Source: Cerasicoccus arenae
GTDB lineage: Bacteria > Verrucomicrobiota > Verrucomicrobiia > Opitutales > Cerasicoccaceae
Reading direction: 5' to 3'
Assembly: GCF_014651635.1 (NCBI RefSeq)
Contig: NZ_BMXG01000008.1
Coordinates: 46,607 to 78,606, forward strand
DNA length: 32,000 bases
A program made the position numbers and the translations under genes. Within the stretch, counting starts at the first letter, position 1; each line of letters opens with the position of its first letter. This document shows positions 9,426 through 18,034 of this stretch, piece after piece. The notes below the pieces were generated by a model, which was not told the origin of the DNA, did no database searches, and worked only from the letters and a program-made list of their open reading frames with translations.

Positions 9426-10655
9426 ATGCGAAAGACTCTCATTTCCCTGACCCTTGTGCTGAGCCTTTTCGGGGCGCGCGCATTTGCTTTCACCCCAACC
9501 GAAGACGGCCTGTATGCGGTGTTTGACACGAGCATGGGCGAGTTCACGGCCAAGCTGTTTTTTGAAGAAACCAATCAAACGGTCGCAAATTTCGTCAGTC
9601 TGGCGGAAGGCACCCGCAACTGGGTGAATACCACGGATGCAAAAATCCAATCCAACGTTCCTTATTACGACGGTCTCATTTTCCATCGAGTAATTGCGGG
9701 CTTTATGAACCAAGCTGGTGCTCGAGTGGATGCCCAAGGCGACAGCCCTGGATATACCATTTACGATGAGATGGTTCCGAATGATCCTACCTATACCGTG
9801 AATCGAGCAGGTGTCTTGGCTATGGCCAACACTGGGGCTCGAAATAGTGGCGGCTCACAATTCTTTGTGACCGTTGCCCCAGCCACCTATTTAAATCAAA
9901 GGCACACGGTATTTGGTGAAATCGTTGATGGACAGACTGTCGTTGACGCAATCAATGCGGTCCCTGTTATCGATTTTGAGAATAGAATTTATATTCCTGT
10001 TGATGATGTAACAATCAATACCGTTACCATCATCCGCGAAGGCACAGCGGCCGAGTCCTTTGACGCCAATGCCTATTCTCAGCCAACATATGGCGCCCCT
10101 GACATAGACGTGAGTATCCAAGATGACGAATATTTTCTAAATTTTGACCTTCAACCAAACTATCAATACCTAGTTTATGGAAGCCCTGATTTAGAGGATT
10201 GGACTTACATCGGCCCGCTTTCCCGCACCTACATCTATTATGGTCGTCGGGATATTTCGCTAGGAACTCAGTTGCCCGGTGGGACACGAGGGTTCTGGCG
10301 GGCTACCAGAACCAATTATCCTGCCATGCCAGATAAAGACGGCTATTCGATTGATTTTTTCTTTTCTGGAGGAAGCGGAACACCCCTTAATATTGAACTC
10401 GGCCCAAACTATACTGGGACGTTTGATAACGCAGGAGATGGAGATTACGATATCACATACTATACATGGCACGAGTTTGGAGAAAATCGTATTATTCTGA
10501 CAGTTTATACTCAAAGTTTCCCCGCGCTTCAATTTACCTTTGAACAGGGCTCAAATGGACCGGCGCAGTTGCTGGTCAATGACAGCAATCTCTCCAATAA
10601 CTCAGATGATTCTCAGCTATTCGAGAATATGACTTTTGAACTGACTGAGCCTTAA
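9426..10655 (+). CDS. Secreted cyclophilin-type peptidyl-prolyl cis-trans isomerase with ~200-aa C-terminal extension
   Basis: Signal peptide MRKTLISLTLVLSLFGARAFA. Cyclophilin motifs: YYDGLIFHRVIAGFMNQAG, GVLAMANTGARNSGGSQFFVT and HTVFGEIVDGQTVVDAI. Residues ~205-409 carry no motif I recognise. Confidence 0.9.
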   Translation: MRKTLISLTLVLSLFGARAFAFTPTEDGLYAVFDTSMGEFTAKLFFEETNQTVANFVSLAEGTRNWVNTTDAKIQSNVPYYDGLIFHRVIAGFMNQAGARVDAQGDSPGYTIYDEMVPNDPTYTVNRAGVLAMANTGARNSGGSQFFVTVAPATYLNQRHTVFGEIVDGQTVVDAINAVPVIDFENRIYIPVDDVTINTVTIIREGTAAESFDANAYSQPTYGAPDIDVSIQDDEYFLNFDLQPNYQYLVYGSPDLEDWTYIGPLSRTYIYYGRRDISLGTQLPGGTRGFWRATRTNYPAMPDKDGYSIDFFFSGGSGTPLNIELGPNYTGTFDNAGDGDYDITYYTWHEFGENRIILTVYTQSFPALQFTFEQGSNGPAQLLVNDSNLSNNSDDSQLFENMTFELTEP

Positions 10656-10671
10656 TCTCAAATCGGCACCC

Positions 10672-12861
10672 TCAAAACAGCTCACCCTGTCGTGGGTCAG
10701 CACCGCCTTCGAGGAACATCGTGTAGCGCTTCCGCCAATCGTCAATTTTGCGCAGGTAGTAGTCCACATCGTAAGGGCGCAGCTTAGCATCGAATTCCTC
10801 TACGTGCTGCGCAGTCTGCCAATCCGGACTGCGAGGGCCATCGCCCATCGCAATGTAGTATGACACCGACTCGCCCATCCGTGGCATGGGGTCCATCCGC
10901 AGAGCCACTTCCAATGAGGCACGCCGAGACTTATCCCCTTGCTCGATGGCCTTGCGATAGGCCTCTGGGTTTTGAGAAAGATACTCTCGCTTGGCCAATT
11001 GCCGAATTGGAATTTTCCGGGCGGTAATCTCATTACGGAGCCTAATTTCCATATCTTCGGGTGACTCCTCATCGGCCCCCAACCGAGCGTAGATCAAGCT
11101 GTTCGTCAGCTGCTTAAGATAGGGTTCCATACCGCGTGAGCGCAGCGCAGACCCTGCAATGCTGACCTTCTTGCCGTCGTAAAGTGCGTAGTTCTTCGCT
11201 TTGTAGCAGAACATGGCCTCATAGCGGCCATCAAACTCCAGTTCGATCCCCTCTGGCAGCACACGGCTCACTTTGCCTAGCAAAACATCCGGCTCGTTCC
11301 AGTCTGATTCCGAGGATAGATAAATGCCGTCCGTATCGGCCTCTAATACCACACAGCCTAAACGCTCGAATTCGGCGATCAGGATCTGCATCAAGTCTCG
11401 TCCCTGCTTAGTGACTTCTGCGGCGAGGTCGCCATCGGCAAAACGTGCACCGCCAAAGCCCAGATAGCCATAGAAAGAATTGATCAGGATCTTATAGCTG
11501 GCTTGCCGTGCGGAGTATTCCTGACGGAGAACCGGGTCCGTTTCTTCGCGGGACAATTTCTTGTAGCGGAGGCGGTAATCGCGCAGCTCGGTCAGCAGCG
11601 GAATGAAGACGCCCAGCGAATCGTTTTTTGGATTTCGGTTGAGGTGCAGGAGCAGGCTCGGGTAAAGCGAAGCCACGTCGAAATGCAGCACATGGTGGTA
11701 AACACCCTGCACAAAACTGCGGCTGAAAGCGCCGGCGTAGGGCTTGACCTCGGGCGGCGCAGGGATCGCGTGTCCGGCGTGGTAGTATTTCTCCAGAAAA
11801 AGCAAGTCGACCTTGGCGCCAGTGCCTCGAAGACAGGCCTCTTGCAGGGTCATCGGAAACACCTGCACCTGCGCAATGTAGGTCGGCAATAGAAGCTCTG
11901 CGATGCCCTTCGTCTCGCGTAAGTCGTCCAACAGGTAACTGCGGAAGAGTTCGCGATCCTCGTTGAACATTACTTGAATTTTCTCCGGGGCTAAATAGGT
12001 TCGTTCGTCGGCGTCAGTTGTCACCGACAGGTAACGTGCGGCGGCCTTAAGCGTATAGGACGGCAGGTCGCGAGTGGAGACGTCAAAAAGTTGGATGGCC
12101 AGAAAGGTGTCGAATACCGTCCGCCCAGGCAGATCACAGCGTGTGAAATCGATCCAGCGTTCGGCAATGCGTATTCGGCTGTTGCGGAAAATCGCCTCTT
12201 GGCCAAAGCGCCCCCAGGCACATGGCACCTTGAAACGGCGACTGCGCGTCTTCAGGTAGTCTAAGTCGAACTTGAAGATATTGTGCCCTTCAATGACGTC
12301 TGGATCGAGCTCAGCCAGTGCGTCGTTTAGCGTCACCAACAGCGCCCGCTCGGCGTCATCATCAAAGGATTCCAGCTCAAGCAAGCGTGTTTCTTCGCCG
12401 AATCGCAGCCCAATCGCGATGACGCGGTCGTTCTTTTTACGGGCATTCGGGAACACGCCTGGCTCCTCACTGTGGGTTTCGATATCCAGTTGCAGACGCC
12501 GAACCTGACTGAACGTCATCCCATGGAAGAGCCGCTTCCCGCTGGCCAAGAGATATTGGTGTTCCAAAGGCCTCAGCCACTCAGCCTTCATTTCGCTCCG
12601 GTTCGCTTTAACGAACTCCGTTAACTCACTCGGCAGGGAGAACGTTTTTCGCCAAGCGAAGGCCCCGTCTCCGTCCAAGGTCTCTGCACCTGGTGCATCG
12701 GCGCTAAGCCAGAGATAAGGTGAAAAAGTTTCGGCGTTGTCTTGGCGCGGGCCATTACCATCCGCCATCGCAGCATGGGCTTGGCCATCGGCAGCCACCC
12801 AGACACCGGTCACAGGAATTTGCTTTTGCGGATCGCTCACACAGCAACCAAAGTCCAGCAA
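10672..12861 (-). CDS. polB: Family B DNA polymerase (Pol II-like) with intact 3'-5' exonuclease motifs
   Basis: Exo I LQLDIETHS, Exo II HNIFKFDLDYL and Exo III YLLDDL are present. Pol motif A is FDVASLYPSLL, motif B is KILINSFYGYLG, motif C is LEADTDGIY, and a KxY-like KAKNYALY follows. The track start is TTG at 12861 and the first in-frame ATG is 31 codons further in, so the start is uncertain. Confidence 0.9.
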   Translation of the reverse strand: MLDFGCCVSDPQKQIPVTGVWVAADGQAHAAMADGNGPRQDNAETFSPYLWLSADAPGAETLDGDGAFAWRKTFSLPSELTEFVKANRSEMKAEWLRPLEHQYLLASGKRLFHGMTFSQVRRLQLDIETHSEEPGVFPNARKKNDRVIAIGLRFGEETRLLELESFDDDAERALLVTLNDALAELDPDVIEGHNIFKFDLDYLKTRSRRFKVPCAWGRFGQEAIFRNSRIRIAERWIDFTRCDLPGRTVFDTFLAIQLFDVSTRDLPSYTLKAAARYLSVTTDADERTYLAPEKIQVMFNEDRELFRSYLLDDLRETKGIAELLLPTYIAQVQVFPMTLQEACLRGTGAKVDLLFLEKYYHAGHAIPAPPEVKPYAGAFSRSFVQGVYHHVLHFDVASLYPSLLLHLNRNPKNDSLGVFIPLLTELRDYRLRYKKLSREETDPVLRQEYSARQASYKILINSFYGYLGFGGARFADGDLAAEVTKQGRDLMQILIAEFERLGCVVLEADTDGIYLSSESDWNEPDVLLGKVSRVLPEGIELEFDGRYEAMFCYKAKNYALYDGKKVSIAGSALRSRGMEPYLKQLTNSLIYARLGADEESPEDMEIRLRNEITARKIPIRQLAKREYLSQNPEAYRKAIEQGDKSRRASLEVALRMDPMPRMGESVSYYIAMGDGPRSPDWQTAQHVEEFDAKLRPYDVDYYLRKIDDWRKRYTMFLEGGADPRQGELF

Positions 12862-12932
12862 GACGTGCGCGTCCAGCGGATAAGTTTGACAGACGCATCA
12901 TTGCGACCTGAATTTTCCGATTTTCGCGATCC

Positions 12933-13787
12933 ATGAAATTTCACAAATACCACGCACTCGGCAACGACTACCTGGTCCTCGACCCAGCAGACGGTGCCCC
13001 TCTCCCCCCCCCCCAGCAAATCGTTGCGATCTGCCATCGTAATTTTGGGCTCGGCTCCGATGGCATCCTTTATGGCCCCCTCCCCACAGATCGAGCCGAT
13101 TTCGGCCTCCAAATCTGGAACCCGGACGGCTCCGAGGCAGAAAAGAGCGGCAACGGCCTGCGCATTTTCTCCAAGTATCTATTTGACCAAGGAAAAGTCG
13201 GCGAACAGCCCTTTACCATCGATACGCTAGGCGGCGTGGTCACTGTCGAGATACATCAAGGCGGCAACTCAATCGAAGTCGAGATGGGCAAAGTCTCCTT
13301 TCACAGTGAGAAAATCCCGGTTACTGGCCCCCCTCGCGAGGTTCTCAACGAAGAAGTCGAAATCAATGGCCAAGTCTATCGCTACTACGCAGCTACGATC
13401 GGCAACCCTCATGTGGTGCTCCCCATAGACAGTCATTCTCCAAAACTCGCTTGTGAGCTGGGCCCAGTGCTCGAAAAAATGACTGCGCGCTTTCCCAACC
13501 GCACGAATGTCCAGCTCCTGCAAATAGTCGATCGAAATAACATCAAAATCGAAATCTGGGAGCGAGGCGCTGGCTACACACTGGCCTCGGGATCCAGTAG
13601 CAGCGCCGCGGCTGCTGTTGCCCATAAAATGGGTGCCTGTGATGAGAGCATACTCGTTCATTGCCCTGGGGGAGACATCCAGATCAATATTGGCGAGGAT
13701 TATGCCGTTACCATGACTGGGCCCGCCACCCGAGTCGGCGAATTTTTGATGGACGACGAAGTTATGAACCAAGTCATTCCCAGCTAA
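12933..13787 (+). CDS. dapF: Diaminopimelate epimerase homologue (DapF fold), with Ser at both expected catalytic Cys positions
   Basis: MKFHKYHALGNDYLVLD, NPDGSEAEKSGNGLRIF, GNPHVV, ERGAGYTLASGSSSSAAAAVA and MTGPA are colinear with E. coli/B. subtilis DapF as I recall them. Codon 72 is AGC (13146-13148) and codon 219 is TCG (13587-13589), where canonical DapF has Cys. Confidence 0.75.
   Translation: MKFHKYHALGNDYLVLDPADGAPLPPPQQIVAICHRNFGLGSDGILYGPLPTDRADFGLQIWNPDGSEAEKSGNGLRIFSKYLFDQGKVGEQPFTIDTLGGVVTVEIHQGGNSIEVEMGKVSFHSEKIPVTGPPREVLNEEVEINGQVYRYYAATIGNPHVVLPIDSHSPKLACELGPVLEKMTARFPNRTNVQLLQIVDRNNIKIEIWERGAGYTLASGSSSSAAAAVAHKMGACDESILVHCPGGDIQINIGEDYAVTMTGPATRVGEFLMDDEVMNQVIPS
13004..13014 (+). 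repeat. C11 homopolymer inside the dapF-like CDS (encodes Pro-Pro-Pro)
   Basis: ctCCCCCCCCCCCag counted directly. The reading frame is intact through the tract. Confidence 0.95.
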
Positions 13788-13838
13788 GAGCTTGCGTAAA
13801 TCATCAGATGACACATGATTAATGTATAGAACATCGCC

Positions 13839-14087
13839 ATGAAACCAATTTCAGACACCAAGAAGAAAGCTGCAATCCTCGGCGTAGGCCTCGATGCAAA
13901 GGACGGCCATAAGCGTATTACACAGGCTGAAAAGTTCGCTGTCGTCGGCGGTTCTGAGGAAACCCATGACCGCATGACCGAAACTCTGGTTAAAACTTTT
14001 GAAGACTTGAAGCGCCGTGGCCGTGAGCTCGAAAACGCCCCATCAAGCGAAGTTGCGGAACTAATTCATAAAAACACCCCACGCTGA
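13839..14087 (+). CDS. Small conserved hypothetical protein (82 aa)
   Basis: ATG-initiated ORF MKPISDTKKKAAILGVGLDAKDGHKRITQAEKFAVVGGSEETHDRM.. in a coding-dense same-strand run. I cannot name the family. Confidence 0.55.
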   Translation: MKPISDTKKKAAILGVGLDAKDGHKRITQAEKFAVVGGSEETHDRMTETLVKTFEDLKRRGRELENAPSSEVAELIHKNTPR

Positions 14088-14145
14088 GCGTTTATGCACC
14101 CTCCAAGCGCTTGACAAGCGCCTAACACTTTGAAAATGTTTGCCC

Positions 14146-15141
14146 ATGAGTGACTCCAACCCGGATAAGCCTACCCCTGAATCGGATAAAGAACGCCTAG
14201 CAAAAATCGCTGCGAGCCTACCCGGTGAGGTCGTTTCTCGAGAAGCTGCCTTCCCGAAAAAGCGTCAGCGCCCTAAGGCACGCCTACCCGAATCAGTCCG
14301 TGCCAAGATTGAAACTGAAGCCACAGAAGAGGCCGCGAAGGACAAAGAGTCCGATGGTCCTAAGGCACCCGCTGAAAAACCCAAATTTAAGGTAACACGC
14401 TCCCCCTTTGCTCCCCGCATCGATCAGGTCGCGAAATCAACCTCTCCCATGGGAGACTCATGGGGTGACGAAGAAGAAGCCGACGAGCCAAAATCCGCTT
14501 CCAAACCTCAGCCTGAAGTTGCTAAGAAAGCAGAACCGGCAGTTGAGAAAAAGCCAGAGCCTATTGTTCAGAAGAAAGCGGAGCCAGAAGCAGCTAAGCC
14601 AGAGCTCAAGCCTCTCCCTCGCCCCATGCCGACCAAGCTGGAGGTGACACGGGCACCAATCAAGCCTGAAGCTCAGGACGAGCCCAAGCCAACGGCTGCT
14701 AAGAAAGAAGGCACCAAGCTCACGCCACTAGGCGCTCCGGCTCAATTGACTCCTGCGGCAAAGAAAGAAGAAGCCACCAAGCCAGCTCCAGTTGTCGAAA
14801 AGCCTGCAGCAAAGTCTGCGGAGCCAGTCAAATTACCCACAACTGTAAAGCAGGCTGGACCAACCAAATTGCCTGTAGCCGTACAGCCAGCAGCCAAGAA
14901 AGTCGAGCCAGTAGCCGGTTCACAAAAACCAACCCCCTTACCTTCACCTTCCTCTCCTAAGCTATCAGGCGGCCCTTCCCGCACAGCACCACGCCCCAAG
15001 GCTGCACCCGCTCCGGGTCGCCAAGTCGTGGTCGAGGAAGAAACAGAAAGCGTCAGCATTATCTGGGTGGCATTTGACGCTGTTGCCGCCGTTGCTTCAC
15101 TCGCATTCGCAGCCCTCGTATTTATGAATATGGGCGGGTAA
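14146..15141 (+). CDS. Pro/Ala/Lys/Glu-rich low-complexity protein with a single C-terminal transmembrane helix
   Basis: The ORF runs from ATG 14146 (TTG 14140 is also possible). It has degenerate KKAEP/EKKPEP/AKPE repeats and ends with IIWVAFDAVAAVASLAFAALVFMNMGG. There is no N-terminal signal peptide. Confidence 0.65.
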   Translation: MSDSNPDKPTPESDKERLAKIAASLPGEVVSREAAFPKKRQRPKARLPESVRAKIETEATEEAAKDKESDGPKAPAEKPKFKVTRSPFAPRIDQVAKSTSPMGDSWGDEEEADEPKSASKPQPEVAKKAEPAVEKKPEPIVQKKAEPEAAKPELKPLPRPMPTKLEVTRAPIKPEAQDEPKPTAAKKEGTKLTPLGAPAQLTPAAKKEEATKPAPVVEKPAAKSAEPVKLPTTVKQAGPTKLPVAVQPAAKKVEPVAGSQKPTPLPSPSSPKLSGGPSRTAPRPKAAPAPGRQVVVEEETESVSIIWVAFDAVAAVASLAFAALVFMNMGG

Positions 15142-15171
15142 GGAATCCGGCGAAACCTCGACAAACATTCC

Positions 15172-15504
15172 ATGGCAACATCAGAAAAAGTTAAAGAACT
15201 CACTACAGACACGTTTGAAAGCGTCGTCCTAAAATCAAGCACACCTGTGCTCGTCGATTTCTGGGCACCTTGGTGCGGTCCCTGCAAAATGCTGGCTCCC
15301 ATCCTCGAGGAAATTGCCTCCGAGATGGCTGATCGTATCCAAATCGCCAAAGTCGATGTGGAAGAGAACACCGATGTAGCGGCCCAATATCAGGTCAACC
15401 GTCTGCCAACCATGCTCTTCTTCAAAGATGGCAAAGTGGTTGATCAAATTATCGGTTGGTCCAGCAAGCCCGAGCTAAGCGCTCGCTTGGAGGCTTTGAT
15501 TTAA
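15172..15504 (+). CDS. trxA: Thioredoxin
   Basis: 110 aa with the active site WAPWCGPCK and the typical thioredoxin length and layout. Confidence 0.95.
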   Translation: MATSEKVKELTTDTFESVVLKSSTPVLVDFWAPWCGPCKMLAPILEEIASEMADRIQIAKVDVEENTDVAAQYQVNRLPTMLFFKDGKVVDQIIGWSSKPELSARLEALI

Positions 15505-15529
15505 TTCAACGAGTCCTATTTCACTAAGT

Positions 15530-15562
15530 CCCGCTAACCAATTTGGTTTGCGGGATTTTTTT
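15530..15562 (+). terminator. Rho-independent terminator downstream of trxA
   Basis: Hairpin CCCGC-T-AACCA ATT TGGTT-T-GCGGG (15530-15554) followed by ATTTTTTTG. It lies between convergent trxA and menA. Confidence 0.7.
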
Positions 15563-15564
15563 GA

Positions 15565-16437
15565 TTATAAAACAAGACCGATTGAAAGTAATCCGCTATA
15601 AAAGAGCAGCATCTTGGCCGTCTGAGCCAACACCAACTGAAAATCAGCGCGGGTTTTAGAGCGTTTGAGCAGAAGACAGAGGAAGACCCCGAGTGGTGTC
15701 ATCGCCAGCGGTAGGAGCACAGTCCAGGCATATCCAGCGATCACCAACATGGCTGGCACAGCCATTGCCAAAAGGACACTGACAACATATTGCCACCATG
15801 CTGCGGAACGGCCCCATCGCACGACAAGGGTGCGTTTTCCTGCAGCGCGGTCTGTTTCCACATCTCGGTAATTATTGATTACTAATAGATTAGTTGAAAG
15901 AGCGCCGACACCTGCACCAAGCATCCACGCAACGCTCGAGAAAGCACCAGCTTGCACATAATAGGTAAAACCCACAGCTACTAGGCCAAAGAAAATGAAT
16001 ACGAATACATCGCCCAAGCCATTATAGCCTAATGGGTACGGTCCGCCAGTATAGGTAATTGCGCAAAAGATACTAACGAGCCCAACAAGGACCAACCAAG
16101 CCCCCCCCCAGTAGACAAGGAACATGCCAACAAGAAAAGCGAGCGTGAGCACCACAATGGTTGCATACCGCATCGCCTTGGGAGAAATTAAACCAGCAGC
16201 AACTGCGCGAGTTGGCCCAATCCGTTGTTCATTGTCTGCGCCCTGAACAAAATCAAAATAGTCGTTTGCGAAATTAGTGCCAATCTGAATCAGGAGGGCA
16301 AAGGCCAAACAAATAAATGCTGGAGTGGCTGCAAACTGACCGTCGTGGGCAGCTAATGCAGTGCCCACCAACACAGGAGCAATGGCAGCCGGCAAAGTCT
16401 TAGGGCGCGCCGCCAGTATCCAGACACCAATCTTCAT
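15565..16437 (-). CDS. menA: 1,4-dihydroxy-2-naphthoate polyprenyltransferase (UbiA superfamily)
   Basis: ARPKTLPAA, NFANDYFDFVQGADNEQRIGP, YTGGPYPLGYNGLGD and INNYRDVETDRAAGKRTLVVR are colinear with E. coli MenA as I recall it. The protein is polytopic and hydrophobic. Confidence 0.9.
   Translation of the reverse strand: MKIGVWILAARPKTLPAAIAPVLVGTALAAHDGQFAATPAFICLAFALLIQIGTNFANDYFDFVQGADNEQRIGPTRAVAAGLISPKAMRYATIVVLTLAFLVGMFLVYWGGAWLVLVGLVSIFCAITYTGGPYPLGYNGLGDVFVFIFFGLVAVGFTYYVQAGAFSSVAWMLGAGVGALSTNLLVINNYRDVETDRAAGKRTLVVRWGRSAAWWQYVVSVLLAMAVPAMLVIAGYAWTVLLPLAMTPLGVFLCLLLKRSKTRADFQLVLAQTAKMLLFYSGLLSIGLVL
16101..16109 (+). repeat. C9 homopolymer inside menA (G9 on the coding strand, tgG GGG GGG Gct)
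   Basis: Counted directly; frame intact. Confidence 0.95.
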
Positions 16438-16455
16438 TCAGATAAGTAAATCCGC

Positions 16456-17406
16456 TTAAAGCGGCTTAGCCATAATCTGGATCCGGCGGGAAAAAGTTGT
16501 GCCGTATTGAGCCACGAGTTCATTCCATTCTGTGGCATCCGTTGATTGGCTTTCAACAATAGCCAACCCCTCGGGAGACATCACTGTGATTGCAATGTCC
16601 ACATATTCCAATGGACCAATCGCAGTTGGGGCATCTGGAACATTTAAACGATCTGTATAAGTAAAACTCAGTGGATCGCCATCGGCTTCACCATTGCTGG
16701 TAATAGCTCTGGGCGCATTTGTAACCGAATTATAATACCAGAAAACAATATCCAAATCGACAACGTTGGCAGAAAGGAAATTCTCTGATTTTCCAATTAC
16801 CTTTTCAATGCCATCCGCATTGACTGCGACTTCAATTCCAGCTTCATTCCAGTATTTGGATTCATTCATTAAGGAACGTAAATCATCTGCTGAACCAGTG
16901 TTATCGGGGCTCATAACATCATTGAAAGTATGTTGAGAATCGATTACGAACCGATATAGGCCAAACAGTGGAAATGCCTCATCATCTGGATCTACTGGAT
17001 TCTGATAAAGGACGCGGTAACTGACAGCACAAATATCCCCATAGATTGGAGTATTAGAACTCGTATAGCGCGGTCTGTCTTCTACCCTCGCCATGAAATA
17101 CATCTCTGGCATTGCAGGAAGAGCCCCAGTGTAGTCGCTTAAGTCCTTCTCGTCAGGTTTATTATAATCGACCTTCACCCAACAAAAGGGACGATTTCTT
17201 AAGACCATAGTCTCAAAGTCGTTAGCCAGAAGGTCCAACGCCACACGGGCCTCATAATTTGAGTTAAGCTTGCCAGTGGAGCGATTCCAGACGCTTAGCA
17301 CATTAGTGGTGAGGCTCAAAACGACCAAGATGACCACCGACATAATTGCAGTGGCGGCCAGTACTTCGATCAGTGTAAAACCGCGGGCTATTTTCGAGTG
17401 TTTCAT
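16456..17406 (-). CDS. Prepilin-type N-terminal cleavage/methylation domain protein (minor pseudopilin, GspJ-like), gene 5 of operon
   Basis: ATG 17406 gives MKHSKIARG|FTLIEVLAATAIMSVVILV (the track TTG start at 17418 is 4 codons upstream). EARVALDLLANDFE resembles the PulJ/GspJ N-terminal region. Confidence 0.8.
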   Translation of the reverse strand: MKHSKIARGFTLIEVLAATAIMSVVILVVLSLTTNVLSVWNRSTGKLNSNYEARVALDLLANDFETMVLRNRPFCWVKVDYNKPDEKDLSDYTGALPAMPEMYFMARVEDRPRYTSSNTPIYGDICAVSYRVLYQNPVDPDDEAFPLFGLYRFVIDSQHTFNDVMSPDNTGSADDLRSLMNESKYWNEAGIEVAVNADGIEKVIGKSENFLSANVVDLDIVFWYYNSVTNAPRAITSNGEADGDPLSFTYTDRLNVPDAPTAIGPLEYVDIAITVMSPEGLAIVESQSTDATEWNELVAQYGTTFSRRIQIMAKPL

Positions 17407-17414
17407 AAGTGGAA

Positions 17415-18026
17415 TCAACGAAGCTTGGCGGTTGTGTAGATGAAGAGTGGGTCGACCGTATTGACCATGGTCTTAAATTCTTCTATCGATTTATTCTCCA
17501 AATCAGAGGCGGGAACAGCATATATTGAAACTAGAATCGGAAAATGTCCCTGATTACTAACGTCGCTAAAGTCGTATGTTGAGGTGCCGCCTTGCATCCC
17601 CTGCTCCAGTGCTACAACAAACGCAGAACCTTCTGACAAAGTGATATCGAAATCATTTAAATTTTCTTTAAACGTCGGAATTAACGGCGAATTGACATCC
17701 TTACGCTCATTCCAAAAAAACAGTAAGCTTGGTGTATTGGCCGTAGGTGGCGTAAGCGTGGCAGCAAACTCACCAAAGCGGGTTGCTGGGTCACTCAGCC
17801 CTGCATATGCATCATAAATCTCATCAGTCATGAGTGCAGTGTTGAGGCGCGTACGAACACCATTGGCCTCATTACTGTCTACAACGTCACGAACAGAAGA
17901 CATCGTAGGCCCAAACAAACCAAGCAGGGCTAGGATGGAAACTGATAGCACGCCCACAGCCAACACGACTTCAAAAAGTGAAAATCCTGGGGTGTGAGCT
18001 CGACTGGTATTGGGGCAAAACTTCAT
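17415..18026 (-). CDS. Prepilin-type N-terminal cleavage/methylation domain protein (minor pseudopilin), gene 4
   Basis: MKFCPNTSRAHTPG|FSLFEVVLAVGVLSVSILALLG. Confidence 0.8.
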   Translation of the reverse strand: MKFCPNTSRAHTPGFSLFEVVLAVGVLSVSILALLGLFGPTMSSVRDVVDSNEANGVRTRLNTALMTDEIYDAYAGLSDPATRFGEFAATLTPPTANTPSLLFFWNERKDVNSPLIPTFKENLNDFDITLSEGSAFVVALEQGMQGGTSTYDFSDVSNQGHFPILVSIYAVPASDLENKSIEEFKTMVNTVDPLFIYTTAKLR

Positions 18027-18034
18027 TTGGGCGT

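Noticed and set aside
10672-12861. PolB as part of a casposon, pipolin or other self-replicating mobile element
   Set aside because: There is no Cas1, integrase, terminal inverted repeat, direct-repeat boundary or tRNA target nearby. The flanks are housekeeping or periplasmic genes.
12862-12932. Search for an SOS/LexA-type palindrome (CTGT-N8-ACAG or TGTTC-N4-GAACA types) upstream of polB
   Set aside because: No such palindrome is present in the 71-nt polB/dapF spacer, so I make no claim of SOS control.
13269-13814. 181-aa ORF on the - strand
   Set aside because: It is antisense to the dapF-like gene and has no motifs.
14742-15371. 209-aa ORF on the - strand
   Set aside because: It is antisense to the low-complexity PAK-rich gene and to trxA. 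Its low-complexity composition mirrors the sense strand.
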